From: an uncultured Planctomycetales bacterium
GTDB lineage: Bacteria; Omnitrophota; Gorgyraeia; Gygaellales; Profunditerraquicolaceae
Reading direction: 5' to 3'
DNA: 64,000 nt
Assembly: GCA_964645795.1 (NCBI GenBank)
Contig: CAZYCL010000001.1
Coordinates: forward strand, 159,194 to 223,193
The notes beneath the pieces were generated by a model. That model was not told the origin of the DNA. It saw nothing but the letters and a program-made list of their open reading frames with translations, and searched no databases. Position numbers and translations under genes: made by a program. How positions within the stretch are numbered: position 1 is the stretch's first letter; each line of letters starts with the position of its first letter. This document shows, one piece after another, positions 29,145 to 38,572 of this stretch.

Positions 29145-29471
29145 CTACCTTAAGCGCAGGCTAAGATCCATAAGCGTGCGCACGATAAAAGACTTCAGGA
29201 AAATAATCGCTAAAAAAGCAATTAACGGTGAGATATCGATGCCTATTCTGTAGGTAAACGGCAGGAGTTTGCGGATAGGATAAAGAATAGGATCGGTTGA
29301 ATTATACAAAAACTTGACAATAGGGTTGAAAGGATCCGGATTTACCCAGCTAATAAGGGCCCGGATAAGTATAAGCCAGTAAGCGACGGTCAACAGTATG
29401 TCCAGGATATTGGCCAGGGCCGCAAGAAAGTTTGAAAACACGAACATTTTATCCCTCCTGTTCAGGAACAA
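29145..29471 (-). CDS. yggT: YggT family membrane protein
   Basis: ISWVNPDPFNP...DISPL motif. Confidence 0.75.
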   Translation of the reverse strand: MFLNRRDKMFVFSNFLAALANILDILLTVAYWLILIRALISWVNPDPFNPIVKFLYNSTDPILYPIRKLLPFTYRIGIDISPLIAFLAIIFLKSFIVRTLMDLSLRLR

Positions 29472-29601
29472 TTATAACACGTATAACATTTAAGGCAATA
29501 TCTTTTCAAGACTGAATAAGCCCATAAAGCCGAGTTTATCTTTATTTTACATAACATCTTAGATATCATAACATTACAACAAGTCGCCTGCTGCCTGTAA
29601 C

Positions 29602-29630
29602 TTGAAAATGACCTAACTATATGGTATAAT
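29602..29630 (+). promoter_or_regulatory. Sigma70 promoter with extended -10 (TTGAAA-17-TGgTATAAT)
   Basis: -35 TTGAAA at 29602-29607, 17-bp spacer, TG at 29622-29623, TATAAT at 29625-29630. Confidence 0.55.
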
Positions 29631-29660
29631 TTATAATGCGACCAGCACAAGGAGGTGGCT

Positions 29661-29849
29661 ATGAGAATAGGCGATATGGATGCCGCAAAGTTCGCGCAGG
29701 CAGCGAATACCTCCGGAGTAAGCGGCGCTTTCTCTATCTACGCCCTGAAAAAAGCCAATCAGGCGCAGAAAGAGACCATCGTGACCATTCTTAAGAGCAT
29801 GCCGATACCGGAGAGAGAGAAACAGAGCCTGATCGATTTTCTGGCTTGA
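29661..29849 (+). CDS. Small YjfB-like (putative motility protein family) protein, paralog 1
   Basis: AAGGAGG Shine-Dalgarno. FSIYALKKANQAQKE...ILKSMP...IDFLA pattern resembles B. subtilis YjfB (VSLSVMKMAMN...LLKDM...LDVTA). Confidence 0.5.
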   Translation: MRIGDMDAAKFAQAANTSGVSGAFSIYALKKANQAQKETIVTILKSMPIPEREKQSLIDFLA

Positions 29850-29878
29850 CCTCGTTGAGTCGGCTACAGGAGGTTTAA

Positions 29879-30061
29879 ATGAGACTCGCCAACATGATGA
29901 ATATTTCCAACGTCACCAACGGCAGTAATGTCAATTCCGCCTACGGCATTTACGCCTTTAAGAAAGCGAATCAGACCCAGAAGGATCTGGCGCTCCAGCT
30001 TATAAACTCCGTGCCTCTTCCGAAACCGCTGGGCAAACATCAAATAGATATTCTCGCTTAA
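29879..30061 (+). CDS. Small YjfB-like protein, paralog 2 (tandem duplicate)
   Basis: CAGGAGG Shine-Dalgarno; shares the YAxKKANQxQK...P.P...IDxLA motif with the preceding gene. Confidence 0.5.
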   Translation: MRLANMMNISNVTNGSNVNSAYGIYAFKKANQTQKDLALQLINSVPLPKPLGKHQIDILA

Positions 30062-30073
30062 GGGCACAATTAT

Positions 30074-30112
30074 AAAAATACCCCTGTTTCTTGTGAAGCA
30101 GGGGTATTTTTA
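30074..30112. terminator. Bidirectional intrinsic terminator between convergent genes
   Basis: A-tract, hairpin ATACCCCTG...CAGGGGTAT, then T-tract. Confidence 0.65.
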
Positions 30113-30121
30113 TAATCTATT

Positions 30122-30679
30122 TTAGAAAGAGTAACCTCCGGCAGATATATTCTCAGCGGGGATATCCTTATCCCTGCTCTGCGAAGCTGCCAGAACAAGG
30201 CCGAAGCTGTTATTGTAAGAGGCCTTTTGTTGGGCATCCTTTAGCTGGCGAAGACGCTCCTCCTCCAGCAGAAAATCCGCTACCAGTTCATCTGTCTTTT
30301 TTTTGTGCCTGATCAGCTCTTGGGGGTCGATCCGGCTGTTCTCGCTAAGCTCCATTGTCTGGATAAGGTTGTACATTTGCTTGATAAAACCGTCTTCAGC
30401 CTGAAGGCCCCCTGCCCCTGACTGCGAACAGGCTTGGCTGGACTTCAAATACATAAACAAGAGCTTCAAAAGATGCTCTTTCTTTTCCCATGGCAGCCGC
30501 GCGCATTTTATGCGCTCAACCAAAGCCTTGACCGCCGGATCTTGAAAATCAAGACTACGGACTTCTACCTTGGCGGAAGGCGTCTCAAGGATGATATCCC
30601 TCTTTATCTCCTGCAGAGATTCATAACGCAGTATCCCGCCTAAATGCGGGTTTATAAGCGATACGGCGGTCTGATCCAT
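30122..30679 (-). CDS. Hypothetical protein
   Basis: 185-aa ORF, no family recognised. Confidence 0.5.
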   Translation of the reverse strand: MDQTAVSLINPHLGGILRYESLQEIKRDIILETPSAKVEVRSLDFQDPAVKALVERIKCARLPWEKKEHLLKLLFMYLKSSQACSQSGAGGLQAEDGFIKQMYNLIQTMELSENSRIDPQELIRHKKKTDELVADFLLEEERLRQLKDAQQKASYNNSFGLVLAASQSRDKDIPAENISAGGYSF

Positions 30680-30779
30680 GAAATTATAACTGTTTCTATT
30701 GATATTATCGGCTTAAATCCGGTTTACTTTAGAGGATATTCCAAATAAAAAAAGGGGGGTCTAAATTAATTCTATTGTT

Positions 30780-30835
30780 GGGGACGGTTCTCTTAAGAGA
30801 ACCGTCCCCAACACTCAGGCAAGAGAACCGTCCCC
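30780..30835. repeat. Palindromic repeat element GGGGACGGTTCTC-loop-GAGAACCGTCCCC with an extra half copy (copy A)
   Basis: Perfect 13-bp inverted repeat at 30780-30809 plus a third GAGAACCGTCCCC at 30823-30835. The same element occurs at 50976-51041. Confidence 0.7.
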
Positions 30836-30860
30836 TTTATTTTGCTTAAGGAACCAGAAT

Positions 30861-31775
30861 TCAGAAGTTATGGTAATAGTTATATACGTCCAGGGATACG
30901 TTGGAGATGAACTTTTTGGCGGATTTGTTGGACTTGAAGGGGCGCGTAAGCACGCAGATAAGATAATCCCCTTTGGGGGTAAAGACGATACCGGCATCGT
31001 GGCAGGCGTTATTCTCCAGGCCGGTCTTATGAGCCACTACTATCTCATCCGGAAGCTTGCCGGGTATGCGGTCGTTTATCGTCTGGCTCTTGAGAACAAG
31101 AAGGCACTTGGCAGAAACATCCTTATTTACCAGCATGCCGCGGTATATCTTCTCCAGTATCAGCGCCATATCTGAGGCAGTGGTATAGTTCTCTATGCCC
31201 CTGGCCCTGCTTTTGAAATCCATCATCTTGCGGGAAAGATTGGAATGCCGTAGTCCGGTATCTTTTAAAAATTCATTTATGTGATCAAAACCCAGCAGGC
31301 CAATTAATATATTGGTGGCGGTGTTGTCGCTCTCGGTTATCATCAGCTCTATAAGCTTTTGGACTGAAAAGTACGTGCCGCAAGGCACTTCTTTAAGCAG
31401 CCCGGAGCCGTTAACTTTATGCAAGCCTTTTAGCTCTATGGCATCCCCTAAGCGCAACCTCTGGTTTTGCGCGGCCTTGAAACAGGCAGCCATGATCGGT
31501 ATTTTAATAAGGCTGGCGGCGGCGTGAAGCCTGTCTTTTTCAAAAGAGACCTCCCAGCCCATCTTTAGGTCTTTTATCATTACCGAGGCCTGACCGTCAA
31601 ACCCCGCTATCCGCCCCCTTAGTTCGTCTACCAGCCCCAGCCATGCTTTTTTCCTGTTTTCCAAAAGCTGCTTCTGGTAGCTGCGGTAGAGATAAAAACC
31701 GAAAGAGAGGCCCAGGATTATGGCTAGCGATACGTAAATCCTGATACTGCTTTTTCGCTTTACTCTTCTCATCAA
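30861..31775 (-). CDS. Class A beta-lactamase-family serine hydrolase (membrane-anchored)
   Basis: SxxK (ASLIK), SDN (ESDNTA) and KTG (HKTG) motifs; N-terminal TM segment. Confidence 0.7.
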   Translation of the reverse strand: MMRRVKRKSSIRIYVSLAIILGLSFGFYLYRSYQKQLLENRKKAWLGLVDELRGRIAGFDGQASVMIKDLKMGWEVSFEKDRLHAAASLIKIPIMAACFKAAQNQRLRLGDAIELKGLHKVNGSGLLKEVPCGTYFSVQKLIELMITESDNTATNILIGLLGFDHINEFLKDTGLRHSNLSRKMMDFKSRARGIENYTTASDMALILEKIYRGMLVNKDVSAKCLLVLKSQTINDRIPGKLPDEIVVAHKTGLENNACHDAGIVFTPKGDYLICVLTRPFKSNKSAKKFISNVSLDVYNYYHNF

Positions 31776-31802
31776 TATGTTCCGGGAATAGTTATAGAAC
31801 CC

Positions 31803-32240
31803 TTAGCGCAATCCCGCCTTCAAGCCCGCGATCTTCTCCGTAAAAACCCTGCGCTTGTCGTGATCGCCCGTGGTCTCATAGAGCATGACCAGGTTTTCGT
31901 ATAGGGGAATGAGCTTGGCGCTCTTTTTGCCGAAGGCCTCTTCGGCTGACTGGGCAGCGTTGCCAAAATACACCTCGGCCCTTACCATATCATTGCGCGC
32001 ATAATAAATCGATCCCAGATTATTAAAGCAGGCCGGCATAAAGAACCTTTTCAGGAAAAACATACCCTCAGTCAAGCGCATCTGCTTTTGCACGACCTCG
32101 GCGGCTTCATCGTAGCTGTTCTGATCGAAAAGCTCTTCGTACTGGAGCGTCAGCCCCTTGTACTCCTGCGTCTTTAAGAACAAAAAGCCTGCCGACAGCA
32201 AAATGACCGCCAGGACTACCCTCGCCGCTATCGTCGCCAT
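31803..32240 (-). CDS. Hypothetical TPR-like membrane-anchored protein
   Basis: N-terminal TM plus TPR-like helices. Confidence 0.5.
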   Translation of the reverse strand: MATIAARVVLAVILLSAGFLFLKTQEYKGLTLQYEELFDQNSYDEAAEVVQKQMRLTEGMFFLKRFFMPACFNNLGSIYYARNDMVRAEVYFGNAAQSAEEAFGKKSAKLIPLYENLVMLYETTGDHDKRRVFTEKIAGLKAGLR

Positions 32241-32305
32241 AATGAAAGTTTTATCTCCCTTTAAACCTGCCGTTTGCCAATATTATACTTAAAAAATTAC
32301 CGCCT

Positions 32306-33082
32306 TCAAGTTTTTGATAAAAGAGTTTGCCATATCTCTTCCAGCGCGGCTTGAGCGCCCAGGGATAGCTTGATATCCGATAAATGCGAGACTTCGCTTG
32401 CGCCGGGATTGATCTCGACCACCGGTTTTCCCGCCCTATTGGCGGCGAGCACCGGCTGCTGGATATACGGGAAAACGCTGGTCGTGCCTATTGAGAAACA
32501 GATATCGAAGCCTTTTTGCAGCTGGCCGGCTAAAACAGAAAACTTATCTGTCGGCACCATCTCGCCAAAAAATACCACTTTCGGCCTTAGGATCCCGCGA
32601 CAGCTGTTACATCGCGGGGGGATACTTAAGGCGCCGTAATCGCTGACCCTTATCTGTGACCTGCAATCCATGCAAACCAGCTCATGCATGTCGCCGTGGA
32701 TATCTATGACGTTGCGGGAGCCTGCCTGACGGTGAAAACCGTCGATGTTCTGGGTAAGCACCCAGACCCTTTCGAAGCGGCGCTCCAGCAGGGCTATGAT
32801 CTCATGGGCGCGATTAGGCCTTGCCTTGCGGCAGTTCTTTTCAATCTCAGAAAGATACTTCCAGGTAAGCTGCGGGTTTTGCCTCAGTACGGCCCCCGAA
32901 AGCGCCGTCTCTATAGGGATACCGTCATCAGTCTGCCTGTTATTATAGAGCCCGCCAATACCGCGGTAAGTTGGCAGCCCTGACTCAGCCGAGATGCCGG
33001 CCCCGGTGATAAATAGCATGCTTTTTGCCCCAAGCATATAACCGGCTATCCGTTCAATCTTTTCCCGGGTCTTTTTATCCAT
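32306..33082 (-). CDS. cobB: NAD-dependent protein deacylase, Sir2 family (CobB-like)
   Basis: GAGISAESGLPTYRG, TQNIDGFH and the Zn ribbon CMDC...CNSC. Confidence 0.85.
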   Translation of the reverse strand: MDKKTREKIERIAGYMLGAKSMLFITGAGISAESGLPTYRGIGGLYNNRQTDDGIPIETALSGAVLRQNPQLTWKYLSEIEKNCRKARPNRAHEIIALLERRFERVWVLTQNIDGFHRQAGSRNVIDIHGDMHELVCMDCRSQIRVSDYGALSIPPRCNSCRGILRPKVVFFGEMVPTDKFSVLAGQLQKGFDICFSIGTTSVFPYIQQPVLAANRAGKPVVEINPGASEVSHLSDIKLSLGAQAALEEIWQTLLSKT

Positions 33083-33177
33083 AAAAGCTGGCAGGTCCTT
33101 CGGCAGGGATTAACTCCTGTTTATCGGCAAAACCCCTGCCGGGGCAATGATGGCGATATTATCGGCGGGAGTTGCGA

Positions 33178-33618
33178 TTAAGACGGGTTTACCGAACCCA
33201 TCTTTCTCTTCTTTATTTTCTCCAGAACCTTATCGACCTTGCGTTTAAAGTCTTCCGGCGTGAAAGGCTTTATTAGATAATCATCCACTCCCTGTTCAAG
33301 GGCTTCCTCTACCTTGCCCATGAGTGATTCGCCCGTCACCATCAGGATCGCCAGGTTTTCGCTGGCGATACCCTGCCGGACCTTGGCGACAAAATCTATC
33401 CCGCTGAGGTTAGGCATATTCCAGTCGCAGACGATGCAATCGATCTCCTTTTCGAAGAATATATCCAATGCGGCCTTTCCGTCGCTGGCCTCATGAATGA
33501 TGCCCTTATATCCTTCCTTCTTAAGCCGGCTGACCACAAGCTTGCGGATAACATCCTCATCATCGACAACCAAAAACCTCACCGTGGATTTCCATGCCTC
33601 GCTCTGTTCCGCAGCCAT
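33178..33618 (-). CDS. Response regulator receiver protein (stand-alone REC)
   Basis: LVVDDE...DWNMPNLSG...KP. Confidence 0.85.
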   Translation of the reverse strand: MAAEQSEAWKSTVRFLVVDDEDVIRKLVVSRLKKEGYKGIIHEASDGKAALDIFFEKEIDCIVCDWNMPNLSGIDFVAKVRQGIASENLAILMVTGESLMGKVEEALEQGVDDYLIKPFTPEDFKRKVDKVLEKIKKRKMGSVNPS

Positions 33619-33691
33619 ACTTACCTCCTGTGTAATTTAATATATTTTATATGAACTCGTGGCACAAAGCAATAATAAAAGAAAAATCACC

Positions 33692-33730
33692 GGGTCACCG
33701 CCGACATGGCGACTTTGTGACATGGTGACC
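33692..33730 (-). terminator. Hairpin terminator immediately after the histidine kinase gene
   Basis: CGGGTCACC...GGTGACCTG inverted repeat followed on the minus strand by a U-rich tract. Confidence 0.45.
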
Positions 33731-33734
33731 TGCT

Positions 33735-34829
33735 TTAAGAATCCGGCTTATGCTGGGCGAGGCTTAAAGGCAGGATTACCGAGAAAATCGAGCCCTTGCC
33801 GAGCTGGCTGGAGACCGTCATCGTCCCGCCGTGCGCCTCAACGATGCCCCGGGTGATCACCAAACCCAGGCCCGTACCGCTTATCCCCTTCATCTTATCG
33901 GATTTGACCCGGAAAAACTTCTCGAAAAGATGCTCCAGGGACTCTTGGGACATTCCCATACCCTGATCAATGACATCGATACGCAGGTTCTCTTCTTTTT
34001 TGTAACCAACGACTTTGATCTCGCCTCCGTCGGGCGAGTATTTGACGGCATTGCTGACCAGGTTCATGATCACGCGGGTGATAAGCTCTCCGTCCAGCCA
34101 AAGCTCAGGTAGCCCTTCTTCAATGGAGGCGCTAAACTTGTATTTGTCTTTCGCAACATTGGCAATCTTGATGACCTCATCCACTATCGGGTTTATCGAT
34201 ATCAACTCGGATTTCAGCTGAAGCCTTCCGGACTCTATCTTGGCCACATTCAATATATCGTTTATCATGCGCGTCAGGCGAGTGCCTTCCTGTTTTATGA
34301 TAGAAAGGTACTCTTTCTCTGCGTCCTCAAGCTTTTCCGATGCCGTCTCCAGGAGCAGATCGGCGTAACCGATGACGCTGGTAAGCGGGGCCTTAAGATC
34401 GTGAGTGATGCTGGAGATAAAATCGTTCTTGAGCTTCTCAAGCTGGCGCATCCTCTCTATCTCCTGCCTGGCAGTCATCTCTCTGCAGAAGACAATAATT
34501 TCCTTGCAGGGGGCATCCTCCATAAGTAAAAACGACCCGCTTAAAGACAGGAGCACCTCGGATTCCGTACCCACGGAAAGCGGGGCTTCCATATCAAGGA
34601 TAAAGCCTTGCGTGCGGATAGCCTCCAGCAGCTTATCAAATATTCCTTTTAACTTGGGGCTCAACAGGCCGGAGTAATGACTGCCCGTGGCGTCCGCGCC
34701 AAGGATATTGAGCATGAATGAGATGTTGCGGTTAAGATCCACGATCTTGCCGTGCTCATCAAGGATCATTACCCCGCCGGGCAGGCTCTCGATGAAATTA
34801 TGGAAGAACTCCCTGGAAGCCGTATCCAT
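33735..34829 (-). CDS. PAS-domain sensor histidine kinase
   Basis: HisKA (ITHDLKAPLTSVIGYADLL) plus HATPase_c (GTGLGL). Confidence 0.9.
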   Translation of the reverse strand: MDTASREFFHNFIESLPGGVMILDEHGKIVDLNRNISFMLNILGADATGSHYSGLLSPKLKGIFDKLLEAIRTQGFILDMEAPLSVGTESEVLLSLSGSFLLMEDAPCKEIIVFCREMTARQEIERMRQLEKLKNDFISSITHDLKAPLTSVIGYADLLLETASEKLEDAEKEYLSIIKQEGTRLTRMINDILNVAKIESGRLQLKSELISINPIVDEVIKIANVAKDKYKFSASIEEGLPELWLDGELITRVIMNLVSNAVKYSPDGGEIKVVGYKKEENLRIDVIDQGMGMSQESLEHLFEKFFRVKSDKMKGISGTGLGLVITRGIVEAHGGTMTVSSQLGKGSIFSVILPLSLAQHKPDS

Positions 34830-34835
34830 TGTTTT

Positions 34836-35696
34836 TCACATATTTGAACCGAAAACGTCAAAGTGCCTTACTTCTTTATCCACTTCTTTCATCACGTCTT
34901 CCAAATGGTCTATCTCTAAACCTACCTTATCCCACGCATCCATATTTAATGCGGGGATCCGGTTGTCGCCTCCCGAGCCGATTTCAAGCGCCCGGCATAG
35001 GATATCCGCGATGTGCACAATTGCGGCGCTCTTGGCCTTATCTTTGGCCAGGATCGGGTTATGATGGAAGCTGGTTGCGGCGATCAGGCCTTCAGGTATG
35101 TTCCACTCCTTTAAAAGGATCTCCCCTATCTCGGCATGGTTTATGCCCAATACTTTTTCCTCGGCCTCCCTTATCAAAAGCCTGCCGCCCGAAACTTCGC
35201 GCATTATGCTTTCGAAATCATCAGGGCAATACTTGTAAATATAGAGTTTGCCTATATCATGAAGGAGCCCCGCGGTAAACATCTCTTCAAATGCGGAAAA
35301 CTCTATTTGCTTGGCGATGAGCCTGGAGATGATTGCTGTCCCGCAGGAGTGCTGCCATAGCTTGCGTATATCGAATACTTCAAGGGCGCTCGTAGCAGCT
35401 TTGGCAAACAAGCTCATGATCGCGGTATTAAGGATGATGTAGTGTATGCCGTTAAATCCGATTATGACTATGGCATGAGGGATGGTGGTAACCCTGCTCA
35501 TCAGGCCGTAGAAGGGAGAGTTGGCTGTTCTGAGCACCCGCGAGGCAATTACCTGGTCAGAAGAAATAAGGTTGGCTATCTCGGTAGCCGAGGTGCGCGG
35601 GTCCTTCATTTTCTCTCTGAATTTACCGTAAAACTCACCCAGCGTCGGCAGGTCTTTATTTTCTTTTATGGACTTAAGCACTTCTTCGCGATTCAT
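34836..35696 (-). CDS. HDOD domain signalling protein
   Basis: HDOD-like helical domain with a LLHDIGK motif. Confidence 0.7.
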   Translation of the reverse strand: MNREEVLKSIKENKDLPTLGEFYGKFREKMKDPRTSATEIANLISSDQVIASRVLRTANSPFYGLMSRVTTIPHAIVIIGFNGIHYIILNTAIMSLFAKAATSALEVFDIRKLWQHSCGTAIISRLIAKQIEFSAFEEMFTAGLLHDIGKLYIYKYCPDDFESIMREVSGGRLLIREAEEKVLGINHAEIGEILLKEWNIPEGLIAATSFHHNPILAKDKAKSAAIVHIADILCRALEIGSGGDNRIPALNMDAWDKVGLEIDHLEDVMKEVDKEVRHFDVFGSNM

Positions 35697-35699
35697 GTC

Positions 35700-36647
35700 T
35701 TATTTTACTTTCTCGGTAATCTTATAAAGTACGCCTGCGGCTACGGCGGGCTTGGGCAGCATATACTTCCTGGCTGAAACCTTAACGTTGGTAACCCCGG
35801 GGAGAGCGCCGACCTTTACGTTGATCTTGACGCCGTTGACCTCTGCTTCGATTATACCGGACCCCCTATCATCGCTGGTCAATCTGCCCATTTTCTCTAA
35901 CGTATCTACGCACGCCTTGTATACCGCATCAAACGATGACCTAAAGTCATGCTCAACGCTATCCCTGCCGGCAAAAGTCGCCGCCACCGCCACCGGCAGC
36001 ACCGCCACCCCCGTCAAGGCGGCTACTCCGTAAATAGCCGCGCCCTGGATACCCGCGACCTTCATCGGTTCGGCTACGATAAGGGCAGCCAGCTGCTGGA
36101 CGCTGGATATATTTTTATAGGTCTTATTGATGTTGATCTCATAAACGCTTATCGCCGGCGTTGCCTCACCCGAACTGTAATCCCTGGAGACGACTTTTCC
36201 GATGATCAGGTCAAGCGAATCGATCTGAATAGGCATCTCTTTGGCGGGCTTGCCGGAGTTCTCCTGCCTTGCAATCTTAAGGGAGTCGGCGTTAAGCCTG
36301 CCGTTTTTGTTTTTCTCCACCCCCATCTCCGTAAGCTCTATGCGCGCGTAAGGCAGGTGGAGCCTGCCCCTTAAGATCGCGGCGGCATCATAAACGATCT
36401 CCATGCTCGAAAGATACACCATCTTGGAAGGGGAAAAACCTGAAGGGTTATAGAGAGAAAAACCGGATATCTTAACCTTTCGGGAAAAGAGCCCGAGAGA
36501 AAACCAGTCGATACTGGCGGGGGCCGCGGTGGCTCCGGAAACTGCCAGGATGATCAAATTCTTGATTACCAGGTCTTTAGTAATTCCGATGCCCGCAAAT
36601 ACCAGTGCCAGCGCGCAAAGGATAAGGATTATCTTTTTAAGCTCCAT
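35700..36647 (-). CDS. Hypothetical membrane-anchored protein
   Basis: Signal/TM at the N-terminus; no family recognised. Confidence 0.5.
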   Translation of the reverse strand: MELKKIILILCALALVFAGIGITKDLVIKNLIILAVSGATAAPASIDWFSLGLFSRKVKISGFSLYNPSGFSPSKMVYLSSMEIVYDAAAILRGRLHLPYARIELTEMGVEKNKNGRLNADSLKIARQENSGKPAKEMPIQIDSLDLIIGKVVSRDYSSGEATPAISVYEININKTYKNISSVQQLAALIVAEPMKVAGIQGAAIYGVAALTGVAVLPVAVAATFAGRDSVEHDFRSSFDAVYKACVDTLEKMGRLTSDDRGSGIIEAEVNGVKINVKVGALPGVTNVKVSARKYMLPKPAVAAGVLYKITEKVK

Positions 36648-36725
36648 ATGTTTAGGCCGTGCCTCGATAATGGATCGGATTATTATAACTCTTTATGCGC
36701 ACAAGTGGAATAAAAATAAAACGGG

Positions 36726-37643
36726 CTAACGGATGGTCCGCTGCAGGAATACCGCGATGATCAAAAGCAGCCCGAACTGAAGGTGGAGCCCGGCGTTTTG
36801 CACATCTATGGATGCCAGGTCCTGCGGGTAATCCTGCCTGGCCGATAATATTTTATATATATTCTTGAACGCTACCGGCGCGGATAAAAATACCAGCAGC
36901 AGATAAAAACCTGATACGCCCGTCAGGACCGTGATCAAGGCGCAAAAATAGGCCGCCGCTATCCAGAAGATGTTGAGGATCTTGGCGCGTTTAAAGCCGA
37001 GGGTGTTCTCCAGGGTCCTTATGCCTGCCAGGTTATCGAATTTGATATCCCTGAGATTATTGGAGCTGAGTATCGCCGTTACCAAAAAGCCTATCGGCAG
37101 CGAAATATAAAAGACTTCCCGGGTGTAAGAGCCGGTTAAAGATACGCAGGAACCGATGACCATAAACGGCCCCATAAGGATAAATACCATGAAATCCCCG
37201 ATCCCTATATATTTGTAGCCGAAACGGGGGGCGGTATAAAAAAGGCCGCCCAAAAACCCGGCCATGACGAGTGCCAAAAGCGGCAGCCCCCTGATCGCAA
37301 TCAGTATCCAAGCCGGTACAGAGGCAACCAGCAAAAGGGCTATACCGAAGATAAGCGCCTCTTTCGGCCGGAGTCGGCCTTCGACCAGAACACGGCTAGA
37401 GCCAAAACCCTCCTTCTTATCCACTCCCTTTTTGAAATCAGAGTAATCGTTTATGACGTTAATGGCGGCGTGCAGAATAACTGCGGCGAAAAGGACCAGA
37501 GGAAAAAGCTCCCAGCGCAAGGGATCAAAATAATAACTTGCCAGCGCCGCCCCCAGCAAAACGGGAACGATGGAAGCGGTAAAAGAAAACGGCCTGGCAA
37601 GCTTAAGGTAGACCCCTAAGCGATTTAACAAAAGCATACCCAT
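36726..37643 (-). CDS. UbiA-family prenyltransferase (MenA-like)
   Basis: NDYSDFKKGVD motif; multiple TM helices. Confidence 0.8.
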   Translation of the reverse strand: MGMLLLNRLGVYLKLARPFSFTASIVPVLLGAALASYYFDPLRWELFPLVLFAAVILHAAINVINDYSDFKKGVDKKEGFGSSRVLVEGRLRPKEALIFGIALLLVASVPAWILIAIRGLPLLALVMAGFLGGLFYTAPRFGYKYIGIGDFMVFILMGPFMVIGSCVSLTGSYTREVFYISLPIGFLVTAILSSNNLRDIKFDNLAGIRTLENTLGFKRAKILNIFWIAAAYFCALITVLTGVSGFYLLLVFLSAPVAFKNIYKILSARQDYPQDLASIDVQNAGLHLQFGLLLIIAVFLQRTIR

Positions 37644-37692
37644 TTTAAGCTATCTTACCTTTTTCAAGTTGCAATAGCAAGCACAAATAAAA

Positions 37693-37717
37693 AAGCGCGC
37701 ATTTCTGAAGCGCGCTT
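37693..37717 (-). terminator. Intrinsic terminator downstream of the nitroreductase-like gene
   Basis: AAGCGCGC-loop-GCGCGCTT stem followed on the minus strand by UUUUUUAUUUGU. Confidence 0.7.
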
Positions 37718-37744
37718 CTCTATTTAGTTTAAACAAGCCCCGGG

Positions 37745-37804
37745 CTATTTAGGCTTAGGCTTTCTGCATCCGCATGATTTACACATTGTTACCTCCTTTG
37801 TCAT
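37745..37804 (-). CDS. Tiny Cys-rich ORF (19 aa MTKEVTMCKSCGCRKPKPK; alternative 13-aa MCKSCGCRKPKPK from the internal ATG with AAGGAGG Shine-Dalgarno)
   Basis: Found by manual translation; not in the ORF track (<60 aa). A strong Shine-Dalgarno, AAGGAGG, lies 5 nt before the second ATG. Confidence 0.3.
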   Translation of the reverse strand: MTKEVTMCKSCGCRKPKPK

Positions 37805-37855
37805 CTCTCTCATATAAGGATAACACAAAAACAAAAGGATTCAATACCATGCCAG

Positions 37856-38548
37856 CTATTTAGCGGGATACCCCACGCTCTGGCAAAGCATCACCCGCTT
37901 ATCCGGACGCAACCCCATTTTCTTTTCCAGTTTTTCCCGGTCAAACCATCCGCGCACGACCGTAGCCAGCCCCTCGGAAGCGCAAAAAAGATACACGCTC
38001 TGGCTGACAAACCCCGTATCAAGACCAGCCAGCATCTCTTTGTCTTTTATCCCGCCGCCGATCCTGGAAAGATCAGCCACATAGATAAGGTTTAAGGCAG
38101 CTTTTGCCACGAAATCCTGGCTGCCGGTTGACGCGCGAACATCTTGGCGTAAAACAATCGCCAGCTCGTGTTTTAACGGCTCGTATTTATACAAACCGTC
38201 TTTCTTGGCAACATATACCTCTATCTCCCGGTAATCCATAGCCGTAGGATTGGTGCGCTTTCCGCTCTCCGGGCGGTTGACGCCGCAGGCAGCCCAGAGC
38301 AGATCCGATAATACCTGAAGGGGGACCTGCCTGCCACTAAACTGGCGCTGGCTGCATCTGTCCTTAAGCGCCTGCATCAGCGGCCTGCCGCCGGTAGTGC
38401 GCGGCTGCGGTAACTTTATGACCCCTGCTGCTGCGCCAAAGGATAAGCGAGGCAACATCAATACCATAAGCGCAGATACCGCCAAAAAACTAATGACCCT
38501 GACCGCCCTCTTATTTACTGATACCGACATCCCTGCCTCCGATCGCAT
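37856..38548 (-). CDS. Secreted nitroreductase-family (SagB-type dehydrogenase-like) protein
   Basis: N-terminal signal/TM, then the RCSQRQFSG (RxSxRxF) motif and LWAACGVN. Confidence 0.7.
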   Translation of the reverse strand: MRSEAGMSVSVNKRAVRVISFLAVSALMVLMLPRLSFGAAAGVIKLPQPRTTGGRPLMQALKDRCSQRQFSGRQVPLQVLSDLLWAACGVNRPESGKRTNPTAMDYREIEVYVAKKDGLYKYEPLKHELAIVLRQDVRASTGSQDFVAKAALNLIYVADLSRIGGGIKDKEMLAGLDTGFVSQSVYLFCASEGLATVVRGWFDREKLEKKMGLRPDKRVMLCQSVGYPAK

Positions 38549-38572
38549 TAACGATGACTAAGGCTTCAAGGT

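Noticed and set aside
32306-33082. Sir2-domain protein as a possible defence (Thoeris/DSR-like) effector
   Set aside because: It has the canonical sirtuin Zn-ribbon and catalytic motifs and a typical CobB size. No partner defence genes are adjacent.
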